DNA from: Candidatus Kaiserbacteria bacterium
Lineage (GTDB): Bacteria > Patescibacteriota > Minisyncoccia > Phycocordibacterales > UBA2100
DNA length: 64,000 nucleotides
Direction of reading: 5' to 3'
Assembly (NCBI GenBank): GCA_023267655.1
Contig: JAHFMV010000002.1
Location: 7,228 to 71,227, forward strand
This document shows, piece by piece, positions 27,106 to 37,943 of the stretch (position 1 is the stretch's first letter; every line of letters begins with the position of its first letter). The notes under the pieces were generated by a model, which was not told where the DNA came from, made no database searches, and was given only the letters and a program-made list of their open reading frames with translations. Both the position numbers and the translations under genes were made by a program.

Positions 27106-30100
27106 ATGCACAACGTATCGCGCGTGCTCTCAGGTACTTTAAATAAAAGTCGCGTCATTCTCATAACATTCTCGCTCTTCGCGATGCTCTCCCTCGGCAT
27201 TCCGGCAGGGACAGTATTCGCATCGCTCTCCGGCGTCACCATTTCCGGCCAGTCGCCGAATCCGGTTACCCAGGCCAGCACCGCCACTTTTACGGCAAAC
27301 GTCACGAACAGTAGCGGCTCAACCGGCCGCGCCGTATCGATTACCGCTGCAACGAGCCTTCCGACAGGTGCTGCCCTCGCGTCGTCACAATGTATTGTCG
27401 TTCCGGGTGATGGCGTCGCACACGCGGTCACGTTCACCGTGAGTACGACCGGCTCGACGCCGGTGGGTTCCGACACGTTTACCGTAACGGCGACTCGATG
27501 GAATAATACGACTGCAAATTGTAGCGGCGGCGTGAGCGATACCGAGACAAGTCCAAACGGGACTATTGTCGTCTCGTCCGCAAAAGTAAATAGCACAACT
27601 TCTATCACCTCCGATACGCCGGACCCGTCCACGATCGACCAAGCATACGCGGTCGGCGTCAGCGTCACCCGTGCATCCGGCAGCAACACTCCAAGCGGAA
27701 CCGTCACGGTGTCAGATGGAACTGATAGTTGCGTGGACTCCACCGCATCGGGTAGCGGCGCGACGGTAACCTATTCCTGTAATCTCACGTCAACAACGAG
27801 CGGCGCAAAAACGCTGACGGCCACCTACGCCGGCGATTCAAATTTCAACGGAAGCAATGGCACGACCGCGCACACAGTGCTTGCAAACCAGACGATCACG
27901 GTAAATACACACGCACCGGCATCAGCAACATACGGAAATACGTTCGCTGTCGCCGCGACGGCAAGCTCGGGACTCACCGTTGCGATCACGACAACCGGCG
28001 GCTGCTCGATTGCGGGCGGTACGGTCACGATGACATCGGGCACCAGTAATTGTGTCGTGCACTACAACCAGTCAGGCAACGCTTCGTATAACGCCGCAGC
28101 AGAAGTCACGGAAACGGCAACCGCCGCAAAGCGCGCGATTACCGCAACAGCAGATAACAAATCGAAAACCTACGGCGCGGCTGATCCTGCGCTCACGTAC
28201 CAACTCACATCAGGCACGCTTGTCGGCGCTGATACACTTTCCGGTTCGATCGCGCGCGTCGCGGGAGAAAATGTCGGCAGCTACGCAATCAATCAAGGAA
28301 CTCTCGCAGCGAGCTCTAACTACACGCTTTCGTTTGTTGCAGGTACGTTCTCGATCGGTAAAGCAAACGCAACGGTAAACGTAAATGGTTTCAGTGGTAC
28401 CTACGACGGTGCACAGCATGGAGCAAGTGGCACCGCAACGGGAGTGAATGCAGAGAATCTAAGTGCAAACCTTTCGCTCGGCTCGACCTACACCGATGTC
28501 CCTGGCGGCACTGCGCACTGGACCTTCACCGGCGGCACCAATTACAACGATGCGTCCGGCGATGTCGCGATCGATATTACGGCAGCCTCGGCGAATATTT
28601 CGCTCTCCGATCTCACGCATACGTACAATGGTACGGCACAATCGGCAGTGGTCACTGCGAATTATTCGTACGACGTCACCTACAACGGCTCGGCAACTGC
28701 ACCGACAAACGCGGGTGGCTATCCAGTCGTCGCAACCATCAATGACGGCAACCACACCGGTACCGCATCTGACACACTCTCGATTAGCAAAGCGCCACTT
28801 ACGGTGACCGTACCAAGCCAGACGATTCCGTTTGGCACTGCACCCGCGGCATTCATTGCGACGATCGACGGATATGTTAACGGCGAGAGTGCAGACGTAC
28901 TCGACACCGGACCGACATGCGCCATTGATGGCGAACACGCGGCGGTCGGTACCTACGAAATTGTTTGTGCGGACGGAGCGGACAATAACTACGATTTCAA
29001 TTACACGAGCGGCACGCTGACCATCACCGATTCCGCGCCAATTATTGGTGAACATGGCAACGTCACCGCGGAAGCAACGTCTGGCGGTGGTGCAGTCGTC
29101 TCCTACGATCTTCCTTCAGTCACCGATGACATCGACATACTGACTGCCGTTTGCCTCCCTGCTTCCGGTTCGACATTCGCGATCGGCGACACGACCGTGA
29201 CTTGCAGCGCAGGTCCGGATACGGGCGGCAACGACGCAGCGCCAACATCATTTACGGTCACCGTCAAAGACACAACAAACCCGACAATTACTGTCACGGG
29301 CACCGATAGTGATGCCGCATATGGTTCGGATTACACCGATCTCGGCGCAACCGCAAGCGATACCGTGAGTGGCGACCTCACGAACAGCATTGTAACGACG
29401 GGACTTCCTGTTGATACGACGGTACTTGGCGCACATACGGTGAGCTATGATGTTGCGGATGCCGCGGGAAATTCTGCACACGCATCTCGTACGGTAACAG
29501 TCGTTCCTGCGTCAGGCGAAATTTCGCTTTCTGATCTCGACTACGCATACGATGGGACTGCGAAATCGGCGACGGTTATCTCTGCGTACAGCTACGATGT
29601 GACCTACGACGGCTCGAATACGGCGCCGACGAATGCCGGATCATATGACGTTGTCGCGACAATTACCGATCCTAATCACACGGGGTCCGCTTCAGGCACC
29701 CTAGTGATCCACAAAGTACCGCTTGCAGTCACTGCACAAAGCCAGTCGATCGCGTTTGGTGGATCACCCTCAGAATTCGCGGCCAACTTTGACGGCTATG
29801 TAAACGGCGAAGATGCATCCGTGCTCGATGCACCGATCCTCTGCGATGTCTCCGGCGCCCATACGGCGATCGGCTCGTACCCAATCAGCTGCTCGGGAGG
29901 TACGGACAACAACTACGACGTGTCGTTTACTGATGGCACACTCTCGATTTCGAGCAATCCTGACAACGTGACACCGACAGCCGCTGATCAAAGCGTAACG
30001 GTCAATCAGAATTCGACAAACAACTCGATCACCCTCGGTGCAACCGATCCGGAAGCAGCACCACTCACATGGACGGTGGGCTCGCCCTCGCACGGATCGC

Positions 30101-31548
30101 TCGTAGGTGACGCACCAAATCTCTCGTACACGCCGACTGCAGGTTACTTCGGCGCGGATTCATTTACCTTTTCGGCGAATGACGGCAACAGCGATAGCAA
30201 CACCGCAAGCGTATCCATCACCGTAAATCTTCTCGCGACATGTGAGGCGGGTACGCTTGTCGAAGGACAGTGTGTACACGCGCCAGTTTCGGCGTGCCCC
30301 GCTGGATTCGCGTACGACAGCGAAAGCCATATGTGCAAACCACAAACACAAGCACCATCATGCACAGAAGGCACTCTCAATCTCGCGACGGGACAGTGTG
30401 AATTTGCCGAAACTCCGGTCGGTGACCCGTCGTGCCCTGACGGTGGTGTCTACGTTGCAGACGCCAATAAGTGCATGATCATTAATCCTCCGCCGACAGA
30501 TACGCCGGTTGTTTTCTACACACCAACGTGCGACGCCGGAACCTTAAATACGGTTACGGATACATGTGAGACAGTTCCACCCCCAGTTTCTGCATGTCCC
30601 GCAAATTTCACCTACAACTCTGATTCGCAAAAATGCGTCTCGACAGCATCTGATGTCGCGCCAAGCTGCGAGGCAGGGACTCTCGACGGCGGGGAGTGCA
30701 CGCCAAATCCGACGTCGCCAACGTGCCCTGCCGGATATGCGGTGAGCGGAAATATCTGTCTCCCGGTCACCACGTTCTCGCTCAATGTAACGGCATCAGG
30801 ACCGGGGACGGTGTCGTGTGATCCGGGTGCCTGTGTTTCGACGCCGGCGACAGGAACTCTCGTTACGATTACTGCACATCCTGCAACGAATGCATCGCTC
30901 AGCGCGTGGTCCCATGACGGTTGTACCGGCAACACCTGCGCGGTCACGGTAAATGCGGATACTTCTGTCACCGCAACATTCGCATGCAATAGCGGCTTCC
31001 ATCTTGATTCAAACACCTGCGTTGCAGATTCGACAGGAGGTGGTGGCGGATCTTCAGGCGGAGGTTCTTCTGGTGGTGGCGGCTCGAGCGGTGGTGGGGG
31101 TGGAGGCGGTGGTAACTCCGGCGGTGGAGGTGGTGGCGGAGGTTCAGGTGGCACAAACGGCGGCACTACGCCTCCACAAGGCCAAGTCCTCGGTGCATCA
31201 ACTGGCGGTAGTGGCGCGGGATGCTATCTCTTTACGCGCAATCTCTCGATCGGCATGACCGGCGCGGATGTCAAAGAATTGCAGAAAATCCTGATCGGCA
31301 AAGGCTTTCTCAAAGTCGCAGCGCCGACGACATACTTTGGCCAGGCAACGAAGGCAGCCGTCAAAGCATTCCAAAAAGCAAACGGTCTCGCCCAAATCGG
31401 CATCGTCGGTCCGCAGACACGCGCGCTCCTCAATTCCTGCGGCACGTCACCACAAAGCGACAAGGACGCAAAAATCAAGGCGCTCCAAGATCAACTCGCA
31501 GCGCTTCTCGAACAAATCAAGAAACTTCTCGCCGCGCAGGGACATTAA
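27106..31548 (+). CDS. large cell-surface protein (Ig-like/MBG/HYR/DUF5011-like repeats, Cys-rich repeats, Gly linker, C-terminal peptidoglycan-binding domain)
   Basis: Signal peptide; KTYGAADPALTY, TNAGSYDVVAT, GYFGADSFTF, CPAGF repeats; FTRNLSIGMTGADVKELQ...GIVGPQTRALLN. Confidence 0.9.
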   Translation: MHNVSRVLSGTLNKSRVILITFSLFAMLSLGIPAGTVFASLSGVTISGQSPNPVTQASTATFTANVTNSSGSTGRAVSITAATSLPTGAALASSQCIVVPGDGVAHAVTFTVSTTGSTPVGSDTFTVTATRWNNTTANCSGGVSDTETSPNGTIVVSSAKVNSTTSITSDTPDPSTIDQAYAVGVSVTRASGSNTPSGTVTVSDGTDSCVDSTASGSGATVTYSCNLTSTTSGAKTLTATYAGDSNFNGSNGTTAHTVLANQTITVNTHAPASATYGNTFAVAATASSGLTVAITTTGGCSIAGGTVTMTSGTSNCVVHYNQSGNASYNAAAEVTETATAAKRAITATADNKSKTYGAADPALTYQLTSGTLVGADTLSGSIARVAGENVGSYAINQGTLAASSNYTLSFVAGTFSIGKANATVNVNGFSGTYDGAQHGASGTATGVNAENLSANLSLGSTYTDVPGGTAHWTFTGGTNYNDASGDVAIDITAASANISLSDLTHTYNGTAQSAVVTANYSYDVTYNGSATAPTNAGGYPVVATINDGNHTGTASDTLSISKAPLTVTVPSQTIPFGTAPAAFIATIDGYVNGESADVLDTGPTCAIDGEHAAVGTYEIVCADGADNNYDFNYTSGTLTITDSAPIIGEHGNVTAEATSGGGAVVSYDLPSVTDDIDILTAVCLPASGSTFAIGDTTVTCSAGPDTGGNDAAPTSFTVTVKDTTNPTITVTGTDSDAAYGSDYTDLGATASDTVSGDLTNSIVTTGLPVDTTVLGAHTVSYDVADAAGNSAHASRTVTVVPASGEISLSDLDYAYDGTAKSATVISAYSYDVTYDGSNTAPTNAGSYDVVATITDPNHTGSASGTLVIHKVPLAVTAQSQSIAFGGSPSEFAANFDGYVNGEDASVLDAPILCDVSGAHTAIGSYPISCSGGTDNNYDVSFTDGTLSISSNPDNVTPTAADQSVTVNQNSTNNSITLGATDPEAAPLTWTVGSPSHGSLVGDAPNLSYTPTAGYFGADSFTFSANDGNSDSNTASVSITVNLLATCEAGTLVEGQCVHAPVSACPAGFAYDSESHMCKPQTQAPSCTEGTLNLATGQCEFAETPVGDPSCPDGGVYVADANKCMIINPPPTDTPVVFYTPTCDAGTLNTVTDTCETVPPPVSACPANFTYNSDSQKCVSTASDVAPSCEAGTLDGGECTPNPTSPTCPAGYAVSGNICLPVTTFSLNVTASGPGTVSCDPGACVSTPATGTLVTITAHPATNASLSAWSHDGCTGNTCAVTVNADTSVTATFACNSGFHLDSNTCVADSTGGGGGSSGGGSSGGGGSSGGGGGGGGNSGGGGGGGGSGGTNGGTTPPQGQVLGASTGGSGAGCYLFTRNLSIGMTGADVKELQKILIGKGFLKVAAPTTYFGQATKAAVKAFQKANGLAQIGIVGPQTRALLNSCGTSPQSDKDAKIKALQDQLAALLEQIKKLLAAQGH

Positions 31549-31604
31549 TTTTTCTCGCGAGTTACACAGCACGAAAAATTCGCCTTGAGGCGGATTTTTC
31601 GTGC

Positions 31605-32282
31605 TTATGCTCTCCTTTTCAAAACACTTTTCGCCACCACAATTCCTGCCGTGGTGCCGATGATGGCGCCAGCGATAAAATCGGAAAACCAATGGATGGT
31701 GACCGAGACGCCGATGCCGATGTAGAGCGCGTAAATACATGCGGCAATGATGAGCGCGCGTCGCTTTGGAAACAGTGTTGCGAGTACTGCGGCGCCGGCA
31801 AAGGCGACGGTGGTGTGCGATGACGGCCAGCCCCAGAAAACGCCCTTCTCTAAAAGTCCGAAATGAAATTCCCTGCTGATATCGGTAAACGGACCGTTGT
31901 TGAAAAGCACCGGATGCGCACGACCGCTCACCGCTTTGTAAATAAAACTCACCAGCACGCCGACAATTTCCGCTTGTGCGAGCGCAAAAGCCGCCCTTCT
32001 CCAATCCGGATGCCGATGCAGATACCCCATCACGTACAAACCAACCGGCACCAAAACCGGCACAAGAAAACCAAAAAGTGCCGCGGGAAATAAAAATGCG
32101 ATCAAAGCGGAAGACCGTGTCGCCTCGAAATAATGCCAGTCAAATCCGGAAACAACGAGCACGTAGGTGAGAAGAATCGCCGCCGCCTGCGCAAAAAAAG
32201 CATACCCCAAAAAGCAATCGGCGATGTTGCGCAGAATACTCAAGAACATTTTCCCTATCATCCGCAAACTATAACAGATCAA
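31605..32282 (-). CDS. PAP2-family phosphatase
   Basis: KAVSGRAHP, WPSSHT and HWFSDFIAG motifs. Confidence 0.87.
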   Translation of the reverse strand: MICYSLRMIGKMFLSILRNIADCFLGYAFFAQAAAILLTYVLVVSGFDWHYFEATRSSALIAFLFPAALFGFLVPVLVPVGLYVMGYLHRHPDWRRAAFALAQAEIVGVLVSFIYKAVSGRAHPVLFNNGPFTDISREFHFGLLEKGVFWGWPSSHTTVAFAGAAVLATLFPKRRALIIAACIYALYIGIGVSVTIHWFSDFIAGAIIGTTAGIVVAKSVLKRRA

Positions 32283-32350
32283 GGCTATCTGATTGCAATC
32301 GCTCTATTTCGCGCTAGAATGGCGCCAGCCTTCAATTTTTGAAGGTATAT

Positions 32351-32658
32351 TCCGCGGTGGCGCAACGGTAGCGCAGCTCGCTGTCGAAGGCAGCTTCTTA
32401 GAGGAATCTAAGAATGCAAACGAGGAGAATTGCTGGAAGCCCGAACTTGAAATAGTGGGTAATCAGCAGCCGAGCTCACGAAAGTGAGAAGGTTCAGAGA
32501 CTATCCGAAAGGAGTAGTCCCATGAGATAGGCACAGCCGCCATCTCACGGGACGAAGCACCTCGCACCCAGAACGGGTGATGATATAGTCCACCCCCTTT
32601 GGAAACATTGGGACAAAGTGTAACGAGTTGGTTGTAGGTTCGAATCCTACCCGCGGAG
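32351..32658 (+). tRNA. tRNA-Asn(GTT) with group I intron
   Basis: Exons 32351-32384 and 32621-32658 rejoin to CTCG-CTGTTAA-CGAG; TCCGCGG/CCGCGGA-G acceptor. Confidence 0.92.
32385..32620 (+). ncRNA. group I self-splicing intron (236 nt) at anticodon position 35/36
   Basis: Follows U and ends in G; P/Q/R/S-like motifs AATTGCTGGAA, AATCAGCAG, GTTCAGAGACTA and GATATAGTCC. Confidence 0.9.
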
Positions 32659-34152
32659 CTCGGTTGGATGATGTGCGAATGCAAGTACCGTGTCAAACGG
32701 TTTTCGCAGCGTAAACTCTAGCGTTTTTTCGTTTACGGTCGGGTTCTGAAGTAAATACCCCAAAATTGTCCTTTTCTCATCAGGTTCAGAACTTTCGAAG
32801 ATTTCACCCATGCGGCGGGACAAGTCGAGGACAGTGCCAACGTGGGTGTGATACTGATGATCCGCCTTTGTGTATGCTTCTAATTCCGCGTTCAAACGGT
32901 ACTGTTCTTCCTTCAATTCCTGCAACTTATTGTCGTAGTCTTCCTGTGTAATACCCATGTCGAGACGCATATCAAGCAGTGCGTTGACCTTGCGCTGCGC
33001 TCTATCGTATTCGCCACGAATGCGTGCTATTTGCCGCTCATGGTACACAGCTTCGTGCTCATTGAGCTCACGAAGTTCTGCCACCAGCCTTTCCTGCACC
33101 TCATGCGGAATCATCTTGAAAGCATCAAATACGGCGTGTACTGGTTCCAAAAGCTTTTTCTCTGGGACATAGTCTCGCTTGCATATCCCTTTCGCATTTG
33201 TACAGGAATAATAAATGAATTTACCTTTCTTTATTTCGGGACTCAGCATGCAACCGCAGTTGTTGCAGCGCAAAAGACCTTTCAACACATATGGCTTTGA
33301 AAGAAGCTTTGAGCGACGGGTGCTTCTACCGCGAAGCACGTCCCGACATTCTTGGAACAAATCAGGTGTAATGAGCTTCGGGTACTTGTGAGGATATTCG
33401 CCATATTTTTTTGATACCGCCATGCCGCACAAAAACGTGTCTTTAAGCATCAGCTCTATATTGCTTCGTGATAACTTTTGCCCCTTAAGACCGCGTAAAC
33501 CCATGCGATCAGCCTCTTTCCACAACGTTGTTATGGAATAGCCACCTGTAGCGTACATTTCAAACAATTTACGTATGATAGGAGCGCGTACCTCATCGAG
33601 AATAATATCGGTTTCGATTACCTCGCCCTTCTCGTTTCGCCGCTGCTTTCGGACGTAGCCGATGCGGGGGTTTCCTGTCCACTCACCAACTCGCCGCTTC
33701 TGCTCGAATGCTCGTTTTACATTATCGCTGATCGCGTTCGAATAATACTCAGCAAGGTTCAGACTGATGCCGAATTGGAATTTACTATTTGCGGTTCCAT
33801 CGCCGTTTATAACTTGATTGTCCGAGGCGAAATGTAATTCGATTTTCCCACTTCTCGCCAATTCGCACAGTAACGCCACCCGTTTATCGAAGACGTTGCG
33901 TGAAAAACGATCTACCTTATCGAAGCACACAGCGACCTTTTCGAACTTCGCCCTTGCCTGTATATACAGCAAAGCTTCGTCGAACACGTCTCTCTTTTCC
34001 TTGTACGCACTTTCGTCAAAACTAAACACTTTCTCGACCTCAAACCCCTTACGTCGACAGTGATTTTTCATTCGCTCGATCTGTGCCGGCAAAGAATTAC
34101 CTGCTTCCTGCTGCTCTGCCGTGGACACTCTGGCGATATTGATTGATTTCAT
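32647..34152 (-). CDS. large serine recombinase (element 1)
   Basis: ARVST, DRFSR, Zn ribbon CNNCG, coiled coil; its stop lies in the tRNA antisense strand. Confidence 0.95.
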   Translation of the reverse strand: MKSINIARVSTAEQQEAGNSLPAQIERMKNHCRRKGFEVEKVFSFDESAYKEKRDVFDEALLYIQARAKFEKVAVCFDKVDRFSRNVFDKRVALLCELARSGKIELHFASDNQVINGDGTANSKFQFGISLNLAEYYSNAISDNVKRAFEQKRRVGEWTGNPRIGYVRKQRRNEKGEVIETDIILDEVRAPIIRKLFEMYATGGYSITTLWKEADRMGLRGLKGQKLSRSNIELMLKDTFLCGMAVSKKYGEYPHKYPKLITPDLFQECRDVLRGRSTRRSKLLSKPYVLKGLLRCNNCGCMLSPEIKKGKFIYYSCTNAKGICKRDYVPEKKLLEPVHAVFDAFKMIPHEVQERLVAELRELNEHEAVYHERQIARIRGEYDRAQRKVNALLDMRLDMGITQEDYDNKLQELKEEQYRLNAELEAYTKADHQYHTHVGTVLDLSRRMGEIFESSEPDEKRTILGYLLQNPTVNEKTLEFTLRKPFDTVLAFAHHPTELRG

Positions 34153-35291
34153 TGTGTTTTCTTTAATTTTACCCCATATCCGCGACGCGAAGTCACGTAA
34201 AATGGCTGATAACTTTTCAAGGATGCTGTCATTTTTTTGAACCACTCATCTGCTCTCATGCCTCTTAAGCGCGGCGCTGTCGTATTGAATTTACGTGCAA
34301 AGCGAGACCACGTTCGCGCGTTCACGAAGGCATCAAGCACGATGCGGAGCTCACGCATACCACCGCAATTACGCGCAAGCATGATGAGACCAACGAGCTC
34401 TATAGCTTCTGCCGCTTTTGCTGGATGCGTCGCCAGTACTTTATACAGCACGTGCTTTGCAGATCTTTTAGGTCCGAATATGACGCCGCGCCAGTTTAAT
34501 GTCGCCGCATCCCAGTAATCGCGAAGGATCGTTTGGCTCTTTTGCGATGAAAAGACATCGGAAAACGCGGGATTCATCCCGAAACCGTGCCGCGCGAATA
34601 CAGCGTTTAACTTTACCCTAGCCGTGAGTTGTACCTCAAAGCGAAGGATATTTTGCCCGCGCAATCTGGCGGCAAGTCTTGTCTGTGCCTGTTGCCACTT
34701 TTTGCCTCTGCCCGTTTTTTTTGATAGTTCAGCCACCTTGTCATAGAACGTGAACGAATGCTGACTCGCCGTCGCCTTGAGACCCTGACCACCATTGCGA
34801 TAGTGCGTGTATGACACATCAACACCTCGGCGGACCATCAGCTTTTCCAGCTCTTTCATGACCCCCGTAATGGGTGCGCGTTTCCCAAGCAAGACATTTT
34901 TGGAATAATCTACCCGCATGATCTTCGCATTTCGAATCTCTTTTGCCGTGAGGTCGATCCCCATCATGCTTAGCCGAGATTGCAGAACCGAAAGAACCAC
35001 GTCGAAATCCGCATCAACCACTTCGTCCACATTATTGCCGTAAAGCAGCTTCGGAACAGAGAACTGGATCTTAATCCTTGATGTCACCCCATGCTTCTTA
35101 CTCATGTTGTTTACCCCTGTAATTTGCGGGAAATAGTGCTCGCTTCCACGCTCTTCCTTGGAGGGATCACGATAAAAGGTCTCATATCCTTTCCCTCGCG
35201 TACCGCCATCCCACATCGGTCTGCCTTTGGTGTCCACATCGCGTGCCGTTAAATTTCCTTGCGACACCGCGAGAATAACAGTGTCGATCAT
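34149..35291 (-). CDS. phage/plasmid replication-initiation-like protein
   Basis: MIDTV, FSVPKLLYGNN, RVDYSKN, FYDKVAE and ILRFEVQL motifs; ATGA-coupled to the recombinase. Confidence 0.75.
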   Translation of the reverse strand: MIDTVILAVSQGNLTARDVDTKGRPMWDGGTRGKGYETFYRDPSKEERGSEHYFPQITGVNNMSKKHGVTSRIKIQFSVPKLLYGNNVDEVVDADFDVVLSVLQSRLSMMGIDLTAKEIRNAKIMRVDYSKNVLLGKRAPITGVMKELEKLMVRRGVDVSYTHYRNGGQGLKATASQHSFTFYDKVAELSKKTGRGKKWQQAQTRLAARLRGQNILRFEVQLTARVKLNAVFARHGFGMNPAFSDVFSSQKSQTILRDYWDAATLNWRGVIFGPKRSAKHVLYKVLATHPAKAAEAIELVGLIMLARNCGGMRELRIVLDAFVNARTWSRFARKFNTTAPRLRGMRADEWFKKMTASLKSYQPFYVTSRRGYGVKLKKTQ

Positions 35292-35482
35292 ACGGGCTGT
35301 CGCTCTGTATACAGATGCGAATTAACCCGCCTATCAATTCGGAGAAGCAGATCGTAGAGGCGTACAAGATTTCTCTCGCCGCTAAAATCATCTAATAACG
35401 CAGCAATGGCTGCACTTTTCTCGATTCCGCGCGGCTGCGGATCGCGGGACGCATTGTGCATCCCGATTTCTTTCTCGCTCAT
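35288..35482 (-). CDS. small hypothetical protein of element 1
   Basis: NLVRLYDLLLRIDRR; coupled to the rep gene. Confidence 0.65.
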   Translation of the reverse strand: MSEKEIGMHNASRDPQPRGIEKSAAIAALLDDFSGERNLVRLYDLLLRIDRRVNSHLYTERQPV

Positions 35483-36015
35483 AGTGAGCTCTGTCGTTTA
35501 CACCCACAGGATCGCGTAAAACGCGCCCTACAGGTTGCGAGATAGGAAGTGGCGGGTCGGACTAGACCCCATCACGCCAAATAATGGCTTTAGACATCAT
35601 TTGACTACGTTGTGCCGCTTATTCGTACACCACTTCGGTACGAAATACATATTGAAACGCTTTGTTGCGGGATTTTCCCCGCCTTTGTGCCGCTTTATTC
35701 AAACTTATACAGCGTAAACCACTTAACTTACCGAGAAGTATATTCGAGATTAACGAAAAGTCAATACCATTTTGTGTCGCAATTTATTTTTATTTACTTA
35801 TTCCATGCCGCGAGGGCATTTTTTCTCTGAAATCGGAGTGTATGTCCTCGGACTTACTACAAACTCTTGAAATGGCTCAAGAGAGCCGTTTCTATTTTTG
35901 TCGCGACCACGTGCGTGTGTCTCTTTGAATCTTCGCCGCAATTGCCAACATCCATATCGAAACACTGCATACACCCCTCACGACTTGGAAAGGGTTATTA
36001 ATAACTATTTGCACC

Positions 36016-36207
36016 ATGAAAATGTATATTGAGCCGCTGTACCGCCTCGTGTGGGACGAGGCGCAGGGCGCGTACGTCGAGACGGGGGAGCTTCTGGGCT
36101 ACAAAGCTGTGGATTGGCTCGGGCAGATCATCGCATTCGGCGAGAGCCGCGAGGCGGCGTACGAGAATGCGCTGGACGCGGCAGCAGACGTCCTCGGGGG
36201 TGTGTAG
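36016..36207 (+). CDS. hypothetical protein
   Basis: 63-aa acidic ORF. Confidence 0.55.
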   Translation: MKMYIEPLYRLVWDEAQGAYVETGELLGYKAVDWLGQIIAFGESREAAYENALDAAADVLGGV

Positions 36208-36212
36208 CTGAC

Positions 36213-37352
36213 CTATTCTTTGTGTTCGACGATAAATTTTGCTCGCTGATACAGCTCGTCAAAAGTGAGAATGTCGATGCCATGAATCGACTTGCGAAAT
36301 CGTTGAAAAGTCTCCCGCTTGCTCCGGCTGTCGAGCTGCGAGAGCGAGCCAACCACGATGATTCCTTTCGGCTGAACCGTATAAACGCCTCTACCTTCCA
36401 GCTCGTCTCTGTTGTCCGGCTGCTCTGACCCCGACTTGTCCCACGTCGCCATGTTAGCTTCGATTTGGGACACCGCATCAGTTAACTCTTTCGACAAGCT
36501 CCATGCCCCCGCTCTGATTTCCACGCTACCCTGCAACAGCGGGGTTGCCGGCGTCTTTATTTCAACGAGGACTGTGAAATCTATGTCGCCCGTCGTGGAG
36601 GTAAGGTAATCGCCCTTCTGTCCTCCTTTACCATCCACGCGCGTGCCACCATAATGAGGCTGCGCCTGTTCCTGTTTGAGGATTTGGTAGTTAAGACCAT
36701 AGCCAAAAATCCATTTGTTTTTCTCAAAAAAGCCCTGCCACTCACTCTCCGCGCGGGGAAGCGTTTCGAGCGCTTTTTCAAATCGCTCAAGCACGTCGCG
36801 CCGTTTGAGAAGCTGGTTTATATCCTCATCCGACAACTTTACCTCCGCTGCAGACGAGAGTTTCTTGATGATGCTCACCACGCTCTCCGTATCGCGACCA
36901 CGCAAAGCGGCGACAATCTCCGCTTCGCCCTGCGATATGAGCGAAAAAGCGCCCTGCGGTATCTCTATATCGCGCAAGGATTGCAGGAATGAAATGAGTT
37001 GCCAAAAATTCTCGTGGCATTCCTCCAAACTAACGTTCGCTTTGAGCACGTAAGTGTTTTCCTCGATAGCCCCGCTTTCTTCGAAGATCTTTTGACTTTT
37101 GTCTCGTATGGAGAACGCGAGGCGCGGGGTGAATTTTTCGCCCTTCTTGATGAGGGACACTTTGCAGACGTAGCTCACGCGCGGGCGTTCGTGCAGCACA
37201 AACTGCGTAATCAGCCGTCTTTGCTGGGTGTGGTAGAAGTAGTAAAAGTTATCGACTGCCGGCGCAGAGTTGATCTGGAGGTGGGCAAAGTCATGTTTAC
37301 CAATGACGAAATCCTCGCCATCGCTCCACCCAATAAGCTCGCTGAATTTCAT
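36213..37352 (-). CDS. sduA: Shedu anti-phage nuclease (DUF4263)
   Basis: ESEWQGFFEKNKWIFG, GDYL, LVEIKTP, AVSQ and ILTFDEL (PD-(D/E)xK DUF4263). Confidence 0.88.
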   Translation of the reverse strand: MKFSELIGWSDGEDFVIGKHDFAHLQINSAPAVDNFYYFYHTQQRRLITQFVLHERPRVSYVCKVSLIKKGEKFTPRLAFSIRDKSQKIFEESGAIEENTYVLKANVSLEECHENFWQLISFLQSLRDIEIPQGAFSLISQGEAEIVAALRGRDTESVVSIIKKLSSAAEVKLSDEDINQLLKRRDVLERFEKALETLPRAESEWQGFFEKNKWIFGYGLNYQILKQEQAQPHYGGTRVDGKGGQKGDYLTSTTGDIDFTVLVEIKTPATPLLQGSVEIRAGAWSLSKELTDAVSQIEANMATWDKSGSEQPDNRDELEGRGVYTVQPKGIIVVGSLSQLDSRSKRETFQRFRKSIHGIDILTFDELYQRAKFIVEHKE

Positions 37353-37435
37353 ACGTGAGGGCTTTCAACATAGCACTTCCCGCCCTTGCAATAAAGCAAG
37401 GAGACAGAGGGCTCCCGTGCTATATTGTGCGGCAT

Positions 37436-37885
37436 ATGAAGACGACGGGCGTCGTGCTGGCAGGCCTATTCTCGATTTTGCTCGTCTTGATTATCCTCAA
37501 ATTGATGGGCTACAGCTTCAATAAAGACTACTTCAGCTTTGATAAGCAGCAGTGCATCGCGAGCGAGGATGAGACCCGCGCAGGCCATTCAGGTATACAG
37601 GGGTGCATATTTTGGATGAGAAACGATTACTTGGAAAAAACGCAGTCGTGGAAAGACGAGTTTGCAAAAGACACAGACTACTGCAATGAAAAATACGGAG
37701 GAGATACCACAAAGGCCGCAAGCTATGCGGGGTTCAAATCACTGAGCGACCCAAGATGCAACTATGGTCCATTTACGAACCAAAAACGGCAAGAAAACTG
37801 GGCATACCTCGTTTCAAAAGAACAAGACGGATTTTACGCATATTGTGTCGAACAAATCTGTCCCGACCAACGCCTTTTCAAATAA
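37436..37885 (+). CDS. membrane-anchored Cys-containing hypothetical protein
   Basis: N-terminal TM; six Cys. Confidence 0.6.
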   Translation: MKTTGVVLAGLFSILLVLIILKLMGYSFNKDYFSFDKQQCIASEDETRAGHSGIQGCIFWMRNDYLEKTQSWKDEFAKDTDYCNEKYGGDTTKAASYAGFKSLSDPRCNYGPFTNQKRQENWAYLVSKEQDGFYAYCVEQICPDQRLFK

Positions 37886-37943
37886 AGGGAATGCCGCAGT
37901 TGCCACGAATAGCCAGTAAACTGCCGAGTGCTATGATAATGGT

